A stretch of 16,497 nt of DNA from Fibrobacteria bacterium (GTDB lineage: Bacteria > Fibrobacterota > Chitinivibrionia > Chitinivibrionales > FEN-1185). The position numbers and the translations under genes are program-made. Where the stretch lies: assembly GCA_037447435.1 (NCBI GenBank), contig JBBIGR010000066.1, forward strand, positions 1 to 16,497, read 5' to 3'. The notes below the pieces were generated by a model. The model was not told where the DNA came from. It saw nothing but the letters and a program-made list of their open reading frames with translations, and did not search any database. Position 1 is the first letter of the stretch. Every line of letters starts with the position of its first letter. This document shows, in pieces, positions 1 to 7,425 of the stretch.

Positions 1-202
1 TGTACCATGCCGGATCAAACGATAATGGGGTGCCGAATGGGCAAGAATAGGCATAGGGAAGAGTTATGCCGCCACCGGAATGGGAACGCCGAACGAATTT
101 TCTTGCGAGGAGAGTGTCTCCATGAGAAATTTGCGCGAGAGTTGGGGCCGCCCAGGCCATAATGATTAATGATAAAAATATATAACGATTAGCCTTTTTC
201 AT
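1..202 (-). CDS. Secreted protein, N-terminal part only (runs off left edge); possibly alpha/beta-hydrolase (esterase/peptidase-like); not in ORF track
   Basis: ATG at 202 with AAGGAAA SD upstream, 21 nt after the stop of the GH gene. Translates MKKANRYIFLSLIIMAWAAPTLA|QISHGDTLLARKFVRRSHSGGGITLPY..., a typical Sec signal peptide. Frame is open to the window edge. Family guess rests only on the G-x-T-L-P-Y motif. Confidence 0.7.
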   Translation of the reverse strand, partial: MKKANRYIFLSLIIMAWAAPTLAQISHGDTLLARKFVRRSHSGGGITLPYAYSCPFGTPLSFDPAWY

Positions 203-223
203 TTACATTGTTTCCTTTTACCA

Positions 224-1756
224 TTATTTGATTAGTACTCTGCTCGTCATAATGCCGGATGCATCTTCGATTTTCAAACAATATACTCCAGCCGGGATTG
301 CGCGCGTAAGAAACCCGGATGACGAAGAAGAAATATTTCCTGTCTCAATGATTTGCCCGGATAAAGTAACCACTTTAACGCGTGCCTCAGACATGTACTT
401 AGATGAAATATCGATCATTCTGTTTCGCACGGATATAATAAATCTGCTTCCGATCATGGATTTGCTGGAAAAAACGTTTCTGTCTGCAATTTGAACCGGA
501 CCGGAATACACAAACGTGTTGAAACTTTCAGCGAGAATCGGGACGGTAAAACGAGTTCCGGCCGAAGCTGATGAGCCGATAGATTTAGCCCTGTCGCCAT
601 TATTAGCGGTACGTGTCAAAGTAAATGTTGCATTATTAGGCACATTAATAAATGTTACATCCTGTTCGCTCGTTGCAGTGTTTAGCACGATAAGAACAAA
701 CTTCCCGTTTACAGGATGTTTATATGCAATTGTCATTAGCGTCGACGTTTGCGTGCATTCCATGATTTGCCCGCCATGGTCAAATTGCTGCATATACGAT
801 ATAACTACTTTACCGGACGGTAGATCGGGATACCAATACCAACCGGCTGTGGTCGACGCCCGTGCAAGGTAATAGCACGACCAGTAATTCCGAGCTTGTT
901 CCCGTGCTCCCACCCAGGTGTTTCTATCCGAATTGTTATAGTACGCCCAATCATAGTCTGTTTCGGTACACCAAAGATTTTTATTTATTGTTTTCCTAAA
1001 ATCACCCCAGTTTGTAAAGTCTGTTGATCCGTATGGCCATTCATAGGAATGAAATGTAGGGTAGCCGCCAGCAGATCTCGCTGCGGTGTCGGCCCATATA
1101 CCTTGAATATACGATTGTTCGTACACGAGGCAGCTCGCAATGCTCGCTCTTGTCTTTAGCCCGTTTTTTTGGCATTGAACGGCAAATCGTTTGATAAAAT
1201 CGGCATATTGGGCAGTGGATAATTTAATGTTTACGCCGGTTCCTGATTCGTTAAAATCAACATAATCCACATCCAGATTGTATTTCTGTTTTCCATATAA
1301 CAGAAACGAAACAAGTGTCTCAACTGCTTCATCCATGTTGCCAATGGTATTTCCACTTTTCATCCAGGTGGGCAAGTCCCAGACGCCGAGAATAGTGTAA
1401 ACACCGAGATCCTGCATTTTTTTTAATCGTTGCAAACAGTTTGTACATCGTGCATCGTTTGTGGCGAATCCAGCCATATTTATTGCAAAGGGGTCATTGT
1501 TATCATTGTTTGGCTCCCAGCTACGATTTGGAAACATATCTCGAAATATTTGTATGTGATTGTCAATCATCTGCTGGATTTTGCTGTCGATAATATAATT
1601 ATCACCATTCATTCTGTCGCCTTCGTGGCAATGGCCGGCACCATCGACTGTTTGCCTTATTGAGTCGGGAAGAATGGTGACATCAATGGCGTACGATGAA
1701 ATAATGAAAACAAGGCTAATAAATCCCGAAATAGCTAGGATTTGCTTGTTAGTCAT
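224..1756 (-). CDS. Secreted glycoside hydrolase, clan GH-A (GH30-like), with C-terminal beta-sandwich and T9SS/Por-type C-terminal sorting domain
   Basis: 510 aa; strong SD (GGAGGGG); signal peptide ending SSYA. GH30-like motifs: WDLPTWMK (cf. WSPPxWMK), FNE (acid/base), LWCTE (nucleophile), AYKHP..GKFVLIVLN (GH30 beta domain). C-terminal VVTLSGQII...IPAGVYCLKI...RVLIK resembles a T9SS type-A CTD. Confidence 0.7.
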   Translation of the reverse strand: MTNKQILAISGFISLVFIISSYAIDVTILPDSIRQTVDGAGHCHEGDRMNGDNYIIDSKIQQMIDNHIQIFRDMFPNRSWEPNNDNNDPFAINMAGFATNDARCTNCLQRLKKMQDLGVYTILGVWDLPTWMKSGNTIGNMDEAVETLVSFLLYGKQKYNLDVDYVDFNESGTGVNIKLSTAQYADFIKRFAVQCQKNGLKTRASIASCLVYEQSYIQGIWADTAARSAGGYPTFHSYEWPYGSTDFTNWGDFRKTINKNLWCTETDYDWAYYNNSDRNTWVGAREQARNYWSCYYLARASTTAGWYWYPDLPSGKVVISYMQQFDHGGQIMECTQTSTLMTIAYKHPVNGKFVLIVLNTATSEQDVTFINVPNNATFTLTRTANNGDRAKSIGSSASAGTRFTVPILAESFNTFVYSGPVQIADRNVFSSKSMIGSRFIISVRNRMIDISSKYMSEARVKVVTLSGQIIETGNISSSSSGFLTRAIPAGVYCLKIEDASGIMTSRVLIK

Positions 1757-2140
1757 GTTCCCCTCCCCGAATGTTTAAGCGGTTAAAACACTTGTTCTTG
1801 TAATATAAAAGTCTCAATGAAAACTAACAATATCTTCAATGTTAAATATACGGAAAAATAAAATAGCTGCATTGAAAATTTTAAAAAAAAATTAAAAAAG
1901 TATACATATTAAAATATAACATCATGATATTTAATTAAATAAGGTAATATATATTTTATAAAATATAATAATTAATTACAATATATAAGCGGTAAGCAGA
2001 CTTTTTCATAACTTCTTGATTTAAGGCTTAAAAATTATAGCCATGAGTTAATGAAAAAAGATTTTGCCTTAAATAGTGCACATTAGAATTTTGCAGAACC
2101 ACACTGTGTTTTTAAGAAGTGAAGCATGTGAATATTGATT

Positions 2141-2162
2141 TTGTTGTTACATTGTTATTACA
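2141..2162. promoter_or_regulatory. Tandem 11-bp direct repeat TTGTTGTTACA/TTGTTATTACA, candidate OmpR/PhoB-family binding site
   Basis: Two adjacent 11-mers with 10/11 identity in the divergent intergenic region, about 40 bp upstream of the candidate MCP promoter. An 11-bp period is typical of winged-helix response-regulator sites. Confidence 0.35.
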
Positions 2163-2199
2163 TTACTCATTCTATGATTATTTGTTGACTAAATGGCTA

Positions 2200-2228
2200 T
2201 TGATGAAATGTGAAAATCATAACATAAT
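2200..2228 (+). promoter_or_regulatory. Candidate sigma70 promoter TTGATG-N17-CATAAT with a Rex/CRP-like operator TGTGA-AAATCA-TAACA (2209-2224) in the spacer
   Basis: Read directly from sequence: 17-nt spacer, operator matches TGTGA-N6-TCACA at 9/10, 67 nt upstream of the MCP ATG. Confidence 0.5.
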
Positions 2229-2295
2229 CATTGATGTAAAATTGAGATGTACAGCATATGCTTTTGTAAATTAAAATTGCTTTGATTGGAGGAGC

Positions 2296-3912
2296 ATGCA
2301 GTTAATTTCAAAAGTCCTTTTGGCAATTCTCCCTGTTTCATGTGTTTTTCTTGTCACATCGTCAGTGGTGCAAGATCGTTTTGTTGACGATAATACGCGT
2401 GACGTTGTAAAGTCCGACGTGCTTACCACAACGAAATTGATTCAGCGATTTGTTGAAGGCGGGCAAATGGACGAGCTGAAAGACTTTTTAAAATCAATCG
2501 ATGCAAATAAAAACAATGAGACAAATATTGAAAAAATCGCATTATTCAATAAGGATTTTAAAAGCAAAATTCATACTGGTGATAAAATTGATGATGTATT
2601 GTTTACCGGGGAAGACCGGACAAAGGTTATTAAATCAGATGATCCGATTATTGTTTTCGGAAAATCGTCCGGTGAAGTTTTTCTGCCAGGCAGGGTGAAA
2701 TCAATGTGCGTTCAGTGTCATGATGAAATGAAGCCTGGTGAATTGGGGGCGATTATTTACCTTAAATTCTCACTTGCAAAAGTACAGAATGCCAAAACGG
2801 TGAATCTGGTTCTGGAAATTATTACTCTTATTGTTGTTTTTTCGCTTTTGGCTATTCTCATCTATGTTGTTTTGAATAAATGGGTAAGAAAGCCCATCGG
2901 AAAAGTAAAGAAAATACTCATGGATATGGGAAAGGGCAATTTTTCAAGCAGATGCAATTTTACCTCCCACGACGAAATTGGGGCAATTGGTAACGCAATT
3001 AATGCTACAATAGATTCTTTGTCAAGTATGATAAAAGACATAAGCAATTATTCCAATAACCTTACCGGGTCTTCAAAAAATCTGTTATCTATTTCACAGG
3101 TCCTTACTGTAAGTGCCGAAGATTTAAGCAGGCGTTCAATAGTAGTGGCTTCAAAGGCGAATGAATCAACGGCAACTGTCAACAATATTTCTTTCTCAAC
3201 AGCAAGCATGTCTGAATTGGTGAAAAATGTCTCAACATCTATCGAACAAATAAACGCCTCATTCAATGACGTTGCACAACAATGCTCTAATGAATCACGG
3301 ATTGCGACAAGAGCTGATGAAGAGGCGAAAAAGACCAAAGAAATGATTATTCGCCTTGAAACATCCGCAAAAAACATCGGAAAAATTTTGGATACAATAT
3401 CTGCTATTGCCGATCAAACCAATCTTTTGGCATTGAATGCAACGATCGAGGCCGCCTCTGCCGGAGATGCTGGTAAAGGCTTTGCCGTTGTTGCCAATGA
3501 GGTAAAGGCTCTTGCCCGCCAGACATCAAAAGCAACTGAGGAAATTGCAAAAAATGTTGCCGAAATGCGGGGAAACACAGACCTGTCGGTAAATGCCATC
3601 GAAACTATAACAAAAGTCATCAACGATGTACTTCAAATATCCCGAACTATTGCCTCGGCTGTTGAAGTGCAGTCCAAGACCACCGGCGAAATTGCGAAAA
3701 GCGTTGGCGGTGCCAGCGAAGCGGCGAAAGATGTTGCGCAAAGTGTTCAGGATTTTTCTCTTGGTATTGGCGAAGTTTCATCAAATGTAAAAAACCTTCA
3801 CGAAATATCGGGAAAAACATCAGAAAATGCCCTTCATACGGAAAATGATGCAAAAGCTCTTGCAGAAATCGCCAATAAAATGCAGGTTACTATTGGTAAA
3901 TTTAGAGTTTAG
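2296..3912 (+). CDS. Methyl-accepting chemotaxis protein with periplasmic c-type heme (CxxCH) sensor, HAMP and MA domains
   Basis: GGAGG SD; TM1 near the N-terminus; periplasmic domain with CVQCH (2707-2721); TM2 ([23 protein letters not shown]); HAMP (KPI...GNF...[11 protein letters not shown]); signalling tip [37 protein letters not shown]. Confidence 0.95.
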   Translation: MQLISKVLLAILPVSCVFLVTSSVVQDRFVDDNTRDVVKSDVLTTTKLIQRFVEGGQMDELKDFLKSIDANKNNETNIEKIALFNKDFKSKIHTGDKIDDVLFTGEDRTKVIKSDDPIIVFGKSSGEVFLPGRVKSMCVQCHDEMKPGELGAIIYLKFSLAKVQNAKTVNLVLEIITLIVVFSLLAILIYVVLNKWVRKPIGKVKKILMDMGKGNFSSRCNFTSHDEIGAIGNAINATIDSLSSMIKDISNYSNNLTGSSKNLLSISQVLTVSAEDLSRRSIVVASKANESTATVNNISFSTASMSELVKNVSTSIEQINASFNDVAQQCSNESRIATRADEEAKKTKEMIIRLETSAKNIGKILDTISAIADQTNLLALNATIEAASAGDAGKGFAVVANEVKALARQTSKATEEIAKNVAEMRGNTDLSVNAIETITKVINDVLQISRTIASAVEVQSKTTGEIAKSVGGASEAAKDVAQSVQDFSLGIGEVSSNVKNLHEISGKTSENALHTENDAKALAEIANKMQVTIGKFRV

Positions 3913-4240
3913 TCAAATAATGATATCTCCAAGAATCCTGCCGGGTGGACCGGGAGCAAATTCCCGGCTGCACTGTCAAAAAACTATGTCTCCCCAATAC
4001 ATAAATGATGCGATAACCAGAAAAATGTCTTGTTCATGCCGGACCTCAAATGAGTTGTGAAAGCCGTGATTGGCAATTGCCATCCTCGGGATTCCAAATC
4101 TTCTTTATGCATAACAATTTGCAGATACAATGGATTTCAAACAGTTTAGTTCAGTTGTTTTTTTAATGAATATTTAGCGGACATATTCGAATATTAGGAA
4201 TTATTTTTAAAAATAACACATTCAGAAAGAATATTGTTAA

Positions 4241-5221
4241 ATGACTCCTTTTGAAAAAGCTCAGGATTTATATCGTAAATCAATTAATAACGAAATTTCC
4301 GATTCGGATCTTGATGAAATTATCGCCTGGCCCGAAAGCGAATTGCTGCTTTTATTTGCCGCCGCAGATATGGTTCGAAGAACAAAATCTAAAAATTCAG
4401 TTGACCCATGCGCTTTGCTCAATATAAAATCCGGCGGTTGTAGTGAAGATTGTACTTTTTGCGCCCAATCTTCCCATAACAATGCAGCTGTCGCTGTTAA
4501 GGATTTGGTCTTGGAAAAGGAAATCATCGAGTCGAACAAGGCTGCTCTTGAAAAAGACCTGACATTTTGTGTAGTATCAAGCGGCAGGAGATTGGAAAGT
4601 GCGGAATTACAAAAAGTTTCAAAGGCTTTACAGCAATGCCATGGTGAGCTCCATGCATCACTAGGCATATTGACAGAAGATGAATTCAGGCTCCTGAAAG
4701 AATCCGGGGTTGTCTGTTATAATCATAATCTTGAAACGAGTCGGCTATTCTATAAGAAAATTGTTTCAACTCATGAATATGAAGATCGAATCAATACAGT
4801 CAAAGCGGCCAAGAAAGCGGGTTTGTCTGTCTGCAGCGGCGGCATTTTCGGTATGGGTGAAACCTGGGCCGATAGAAAGGCTTTATGCAATGAGTTGAAA
4901 TTGCTCGATGTTGATACTATTCCCATCAATTTTTTAAATGCCATTCCCGGGACCAAAGTCTCACCTCCCAAGGAAACGCCGATGGAGTTTTTAAAAATTG
5001 TTGCAATGTTTCGACTGGCTCATCCGGATAAAACCATAAAAGTTTGCGGAGGCAGGGAGGCAAATCTTGGGAAATTGCAGAATATGATTTTTTTTGCAGG
5101 GGCCAATGGATATATATCCGGTGATTATCTTACTACTAAAGGGGACAGTGTCGAATCGGATGATGAGATGCTTAAATTATTGGGATTGCATAAGAAACAT
5201 GAATTTAAGGTCAGGAAATAG
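4241..5221 (+). CDS. bioB: Biotin synthase (radical SAM, BioB family)
   Basis: NIKSGGCSEDCTFCAQS (CxxxCxxC), YNHNLET, VCSGGIFGMGET, IPINFL..IPGT, GGRE, AGAN....GDYLTTKG: all BioB signature blocks. Confidence 0.88.
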   Translation: MTPFEKAQDLYRKSINNEISDSDLDEIIAWPESELLLLFAAADMVRRTKSKNSVDPCALLNIKSGGCSEDCTFCAQSSHNNAAVAVKDLVLEKEIIESNKAALEKDLTFCVVSSGRRLESAELQKVSKALQQCHGELHASLGILTEDEFRLLKESGVVCYNHNLETSRLFYKKIVSTHEYEDRINTVKAAKKAGLSVCSGGIFGMGETWADRKALCNELKLLDVDTIPINFLNAIPGTKVSPPKETPMEFLKIVAMFRLAHPDKTIKVCGGREANLGKLQNMIFFAGANGYISGDYLTTKGDSVESDDEMLKLLGLHKKHEFKVRK

Positions 5222-5229
5222 TATTTTTA

Positions 5230-5267
5230 AAACCAGAATGATAAATACGGTTTATCGTTTCTGGTTT
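5230..5267 (+). terminator. Stem-loop between bioB and metA (weak terminator or mRNA-stabilising hairpin)
   Basis: AAACCAGAATGATAAA-TACGG-TTTATCGTTTCTGGTTT: about 16-bp stem with one G-U pair and one bulge, only a short U run, 8 nt after the bioB stop. Confidence 0.45.
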
Positions 5268-5303
5268 GTATCGTGCGTCTTACCCAATTAAAAGGAAAAT
5301 TGA

Positions 5304-6197
5304 ATGACAATTGTATTGCCGAAAGACTATCATGCGAAGGCTTTGCTTGAGAAGAGGCGCGTACTTTGTGTTGACCATGAGCAAGCAATTACAGAAGATA
5401 TTCGAGCATTGCGCATAGGCATTCTCAATATAATGCCCCAGGCGGAAACGTATGAGTTCAGCCTTCTGCATCCCTTAGGCAGGTCTGTTTTGCAAATCGA
5501 TCCGGTTTGGATACGATTGCAAACGCATAAATACACCAGTACCGACCAGTCGCATCTGGAAAAGCTCTATGTGCCGTTTGAGGATGCAGTAAGCAGGAAT
5601 AAGCTCGACGGACTCATCGTTACCGGCGCTCCGGTCGAGGAAATTCCTTTTGAGCAAGTTACTTATTGGGAAGAAATCATGCGGATTTTGAAATATGCAC
5701 AACGCAATATATCATCCACGCTCGGATTGTGTTGGGGAGCATTAGCGCTTGCGAAGTTTTTAGGAATAGAAAAGACGGTATTGCCCAAAAAGGTTTTTGG
5801 TGTTTTTGAAACGAAAAACCTGAATCGCGATCACAGAATAACCGGCGACATGGACGATGTGTTCTGGTGTCCGCAAAGCAGGCATTCCGGCATTCCGGAC
5901 GATGTTTTGGAACAGGAAAGAGACAAAGGTAAAATCAATTTGCTCGCTCATGCCAAGGGAACCGGCTATCTCATTTTCGAGAGTTCCGATCAGCGGCTTT
6001 TAATGCATTTAGGTCACTTGGAATATGAACCGTCCCGATTGGTGGATGAATATAATCGCGACATGAAATTAGGTAGAAAAGATGTGGACAAGCCAGCGAA
6101 TGTTGATTTAGAGAATCCGTTGAACACCTGGCGTGCACATCGGAACGAGTTCTTTTCGCAATGGATTAAATTTGTTCACGAGAGCACGCAATACTGA
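5304..6197 (+). CDS. metA: Homoserine O-acyltransferase, MetA family, predicted acetyl-CoA specific (MetAA)
   Basis: AAGGA SD; DIRALRIGILNIMP, DGLIVTGAPVE, LCWGA (catalytic Cys143), PQSRH, GHLEY. Glu at position 112 (GAPVE; E. coli succinyltransferase has GAPLG) is the known acetyl-specificity determinant. Confidence 0.93.
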   Translation: MTIVLPKDYHAKALLEKRRVLCVDHEQAITEDIRALRIGILNIMPQAETYEFSLLHPLGRSVLQIDPVWIRLQTHKYTSTDQSHLEKLYVPFEDAVSRNKLDGLIVTGAPVEEIPFEQVTYWEEIMRILKYAQRNISSTLGLCWGALALAKFLGIEKTVLPKKVFGVFETKNLNRDHRITGDMDDVFWCPQSRHSGIPDDVLEQERDKGKINLLAHAKGTGYLIFESSDQRLLMHLGHLEYEPSRLVDEYNRDMKLGRKDVDKPANVDLENPLNTWRAHRNEFFSQWIKFVHESTQY

Positions 6198-6236
6198 TTT
6201 TGGTATTACTTTGAAAAGATAGGTTTTAAGACATTC

Positions 6237-7133
6237 ATGGATATGTTTGATGTTGTAAATAAAAAAGTTCCTGCTGTTGTCAATAAACTTGAGAAAAGCA
6301 TCAATTCGAGTTTCTATACGAAGGACGAAGAAGGTTTAGACCTATCTGTACGTACCGATATTTATGAGATCCTAAATGATTTGCATGCGATTCTTTTCCC
6401 AGGGTTTTACAGCAAACAAAAAGTCAAAAAGAATGAGATTAATTTTTTTCTCGGCGATACGTTGCGTCACGTGAGTATCCGATTGGGTAAGATAATGGAG
6501 GAAATTTTCACGTATCATTGCCGGCGGAAAAAATGCAAAAATTGCACTTGTGAAGATAGTGCGGAACATGCGTTGGTGCAACTCATCGATTCGCTGCCGG
6601 AAATTCGGGAAACATTGCTTTTGGATATTAAATCCGCATATAAAGGCGACCCCGCAGCTTCGTGTTTGGAAGAAATTATCCTGAGTTATCCGTGCATTGA
6701 AGCGATCACGACCTATCGGATTGCTCATTTGTTATATACATTGGAAGTCCCGTTTATTCCGCGCATTATGTCCGAACACGCGCATTCGATTACCGGTATC
6801 GATATCCATCCTGGCGCTACGATTGCGCCGGGGTTTTTTATCGATCACGGCACCGGCGTCGTTATTGGGGAAACATCAACTATAGGGAAAAATGTTATCC
6901 TGTATCAGGGAGTGACTCTCGGCGCACTTTCTCCATTCGACAAAAACGGTAACCCTAAGCGAGGCCTGAAACGGCATCCGGATATTCAGGATGATGTGAT
7001 CATTTATGCAAATGCAACCATTTTGGGCGGGAAAACCGTTATTGGCAAAGGCGCGGTAATCGGCGGAAATACCTGGATAACGCAATCCGTCCTACCGGGG
7101 GCCAAAATTTACAAAGGGCAGGAGCCGTCCTAA
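6237..7133 (+). CDS. cysE: Serine O-acetyltransferase (CysE, EpsC-like long N-terminus type)
   Basis: GDPAA, EIILSYP, YRIAH, TGIDIHPGATI, FFIDHGTGVVIGET, YQGVTLGA, KRHP, and hexapeptide repeats IYANATILGG..VIG.GAVIGGN. Confidence 0.93.
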   Translation: MDMFDVVNKKVPAVVNKLEKSINSSFYTKDEEGLDLSVRTDIYEILNDLHAILFPGFYSKQKVKKNEINFFLGDTLRHVSIRLGKIMEEIFTYHCRRKKCKNCTCEDSAEHALVQLIDSLPEIRETLLLDIKSAYKGDPAASCLEEIILSYPCIEAITTYRIAHLLYTLEVPFIPRIMSEHAHSITGIDIHPGATIAPGFFIDHGTGVVIGETSTIGKNVILYQGVTLGALSPFDKNGNPKRGLKRHPDIQDDVIIYANATILGGKTVIGKGAVIGGNTWITQSVLPGAKIYKGQEPS

Positions 7134-7174
7134 CCCGATAATTACGATTTTACTAGTAAGTAAGCACAGGTAAA

Positions 7175-7375
7175 ATGTCAATTCAAATTAACGGAACCTT
7201 GTTGGAACTCAAGGCCGGAGTTTCAATTTACGACATGCTCGATCAACGCGGAATAGACCCAAACCGCGTCGTAATTGAATTGAATAAAAATATCATTCCG
7301 AAAGAGGTTTGGTCGTCGGTGATTTTGCATGACAATGATATTGTTGAAATTTTGCATTTTGTGGGCGGCGGATGA
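7175..7375 (+). CDS. thiS: Sulfur carrier protein ThiS
   Basis: 66 aa ubiquitin-like protein: IQING, VVIELNKNIIP, D.VEILHFVGGG with free C-terminal GG; directly upstream of thiG. Confidence 0.93.
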   Translation: MSIQINGTLLELKAGVSIYDMLDQRGIDPNRVVIELNKNIIPKEVWSSVILHDNDIVEILHFVGGG

Positions 7376-7425
7376 TATGAAAATACAGTATTGAATAGTA
7401 TTTCACTAGCATTGGAAAATCAATT

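Noticed and set aside
1790..2000. AT-rich tract as a replication origin or repeat array
   Set aside because: No DnaA boxes (TTATCCACA), iterons or neighbouring replication genes seen; explained as divergent promoter DNA.
3827..4060. 77-aa ORF overlapping the MCP 3' end, and a 42-codon minus-strand ORF in the same spacer
   Set aside because: No clear SD, no recognisable motif, and the first overlaps a real gene out of frame.
3913..4240. TPP, SAM-I, cobalamin or c-di-GMP riboswitch; BirA operator
   Set aside because: Core motifs (CTGAGA and CCTGA for TPP; ATC..GAG..GA.GG and GCAACC for SAM-I; B12 box) were not found in the right order. There is only a superficial T-loop-like resemblance at 3950-3976. 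No BirA-type spaced palindrome was seen.
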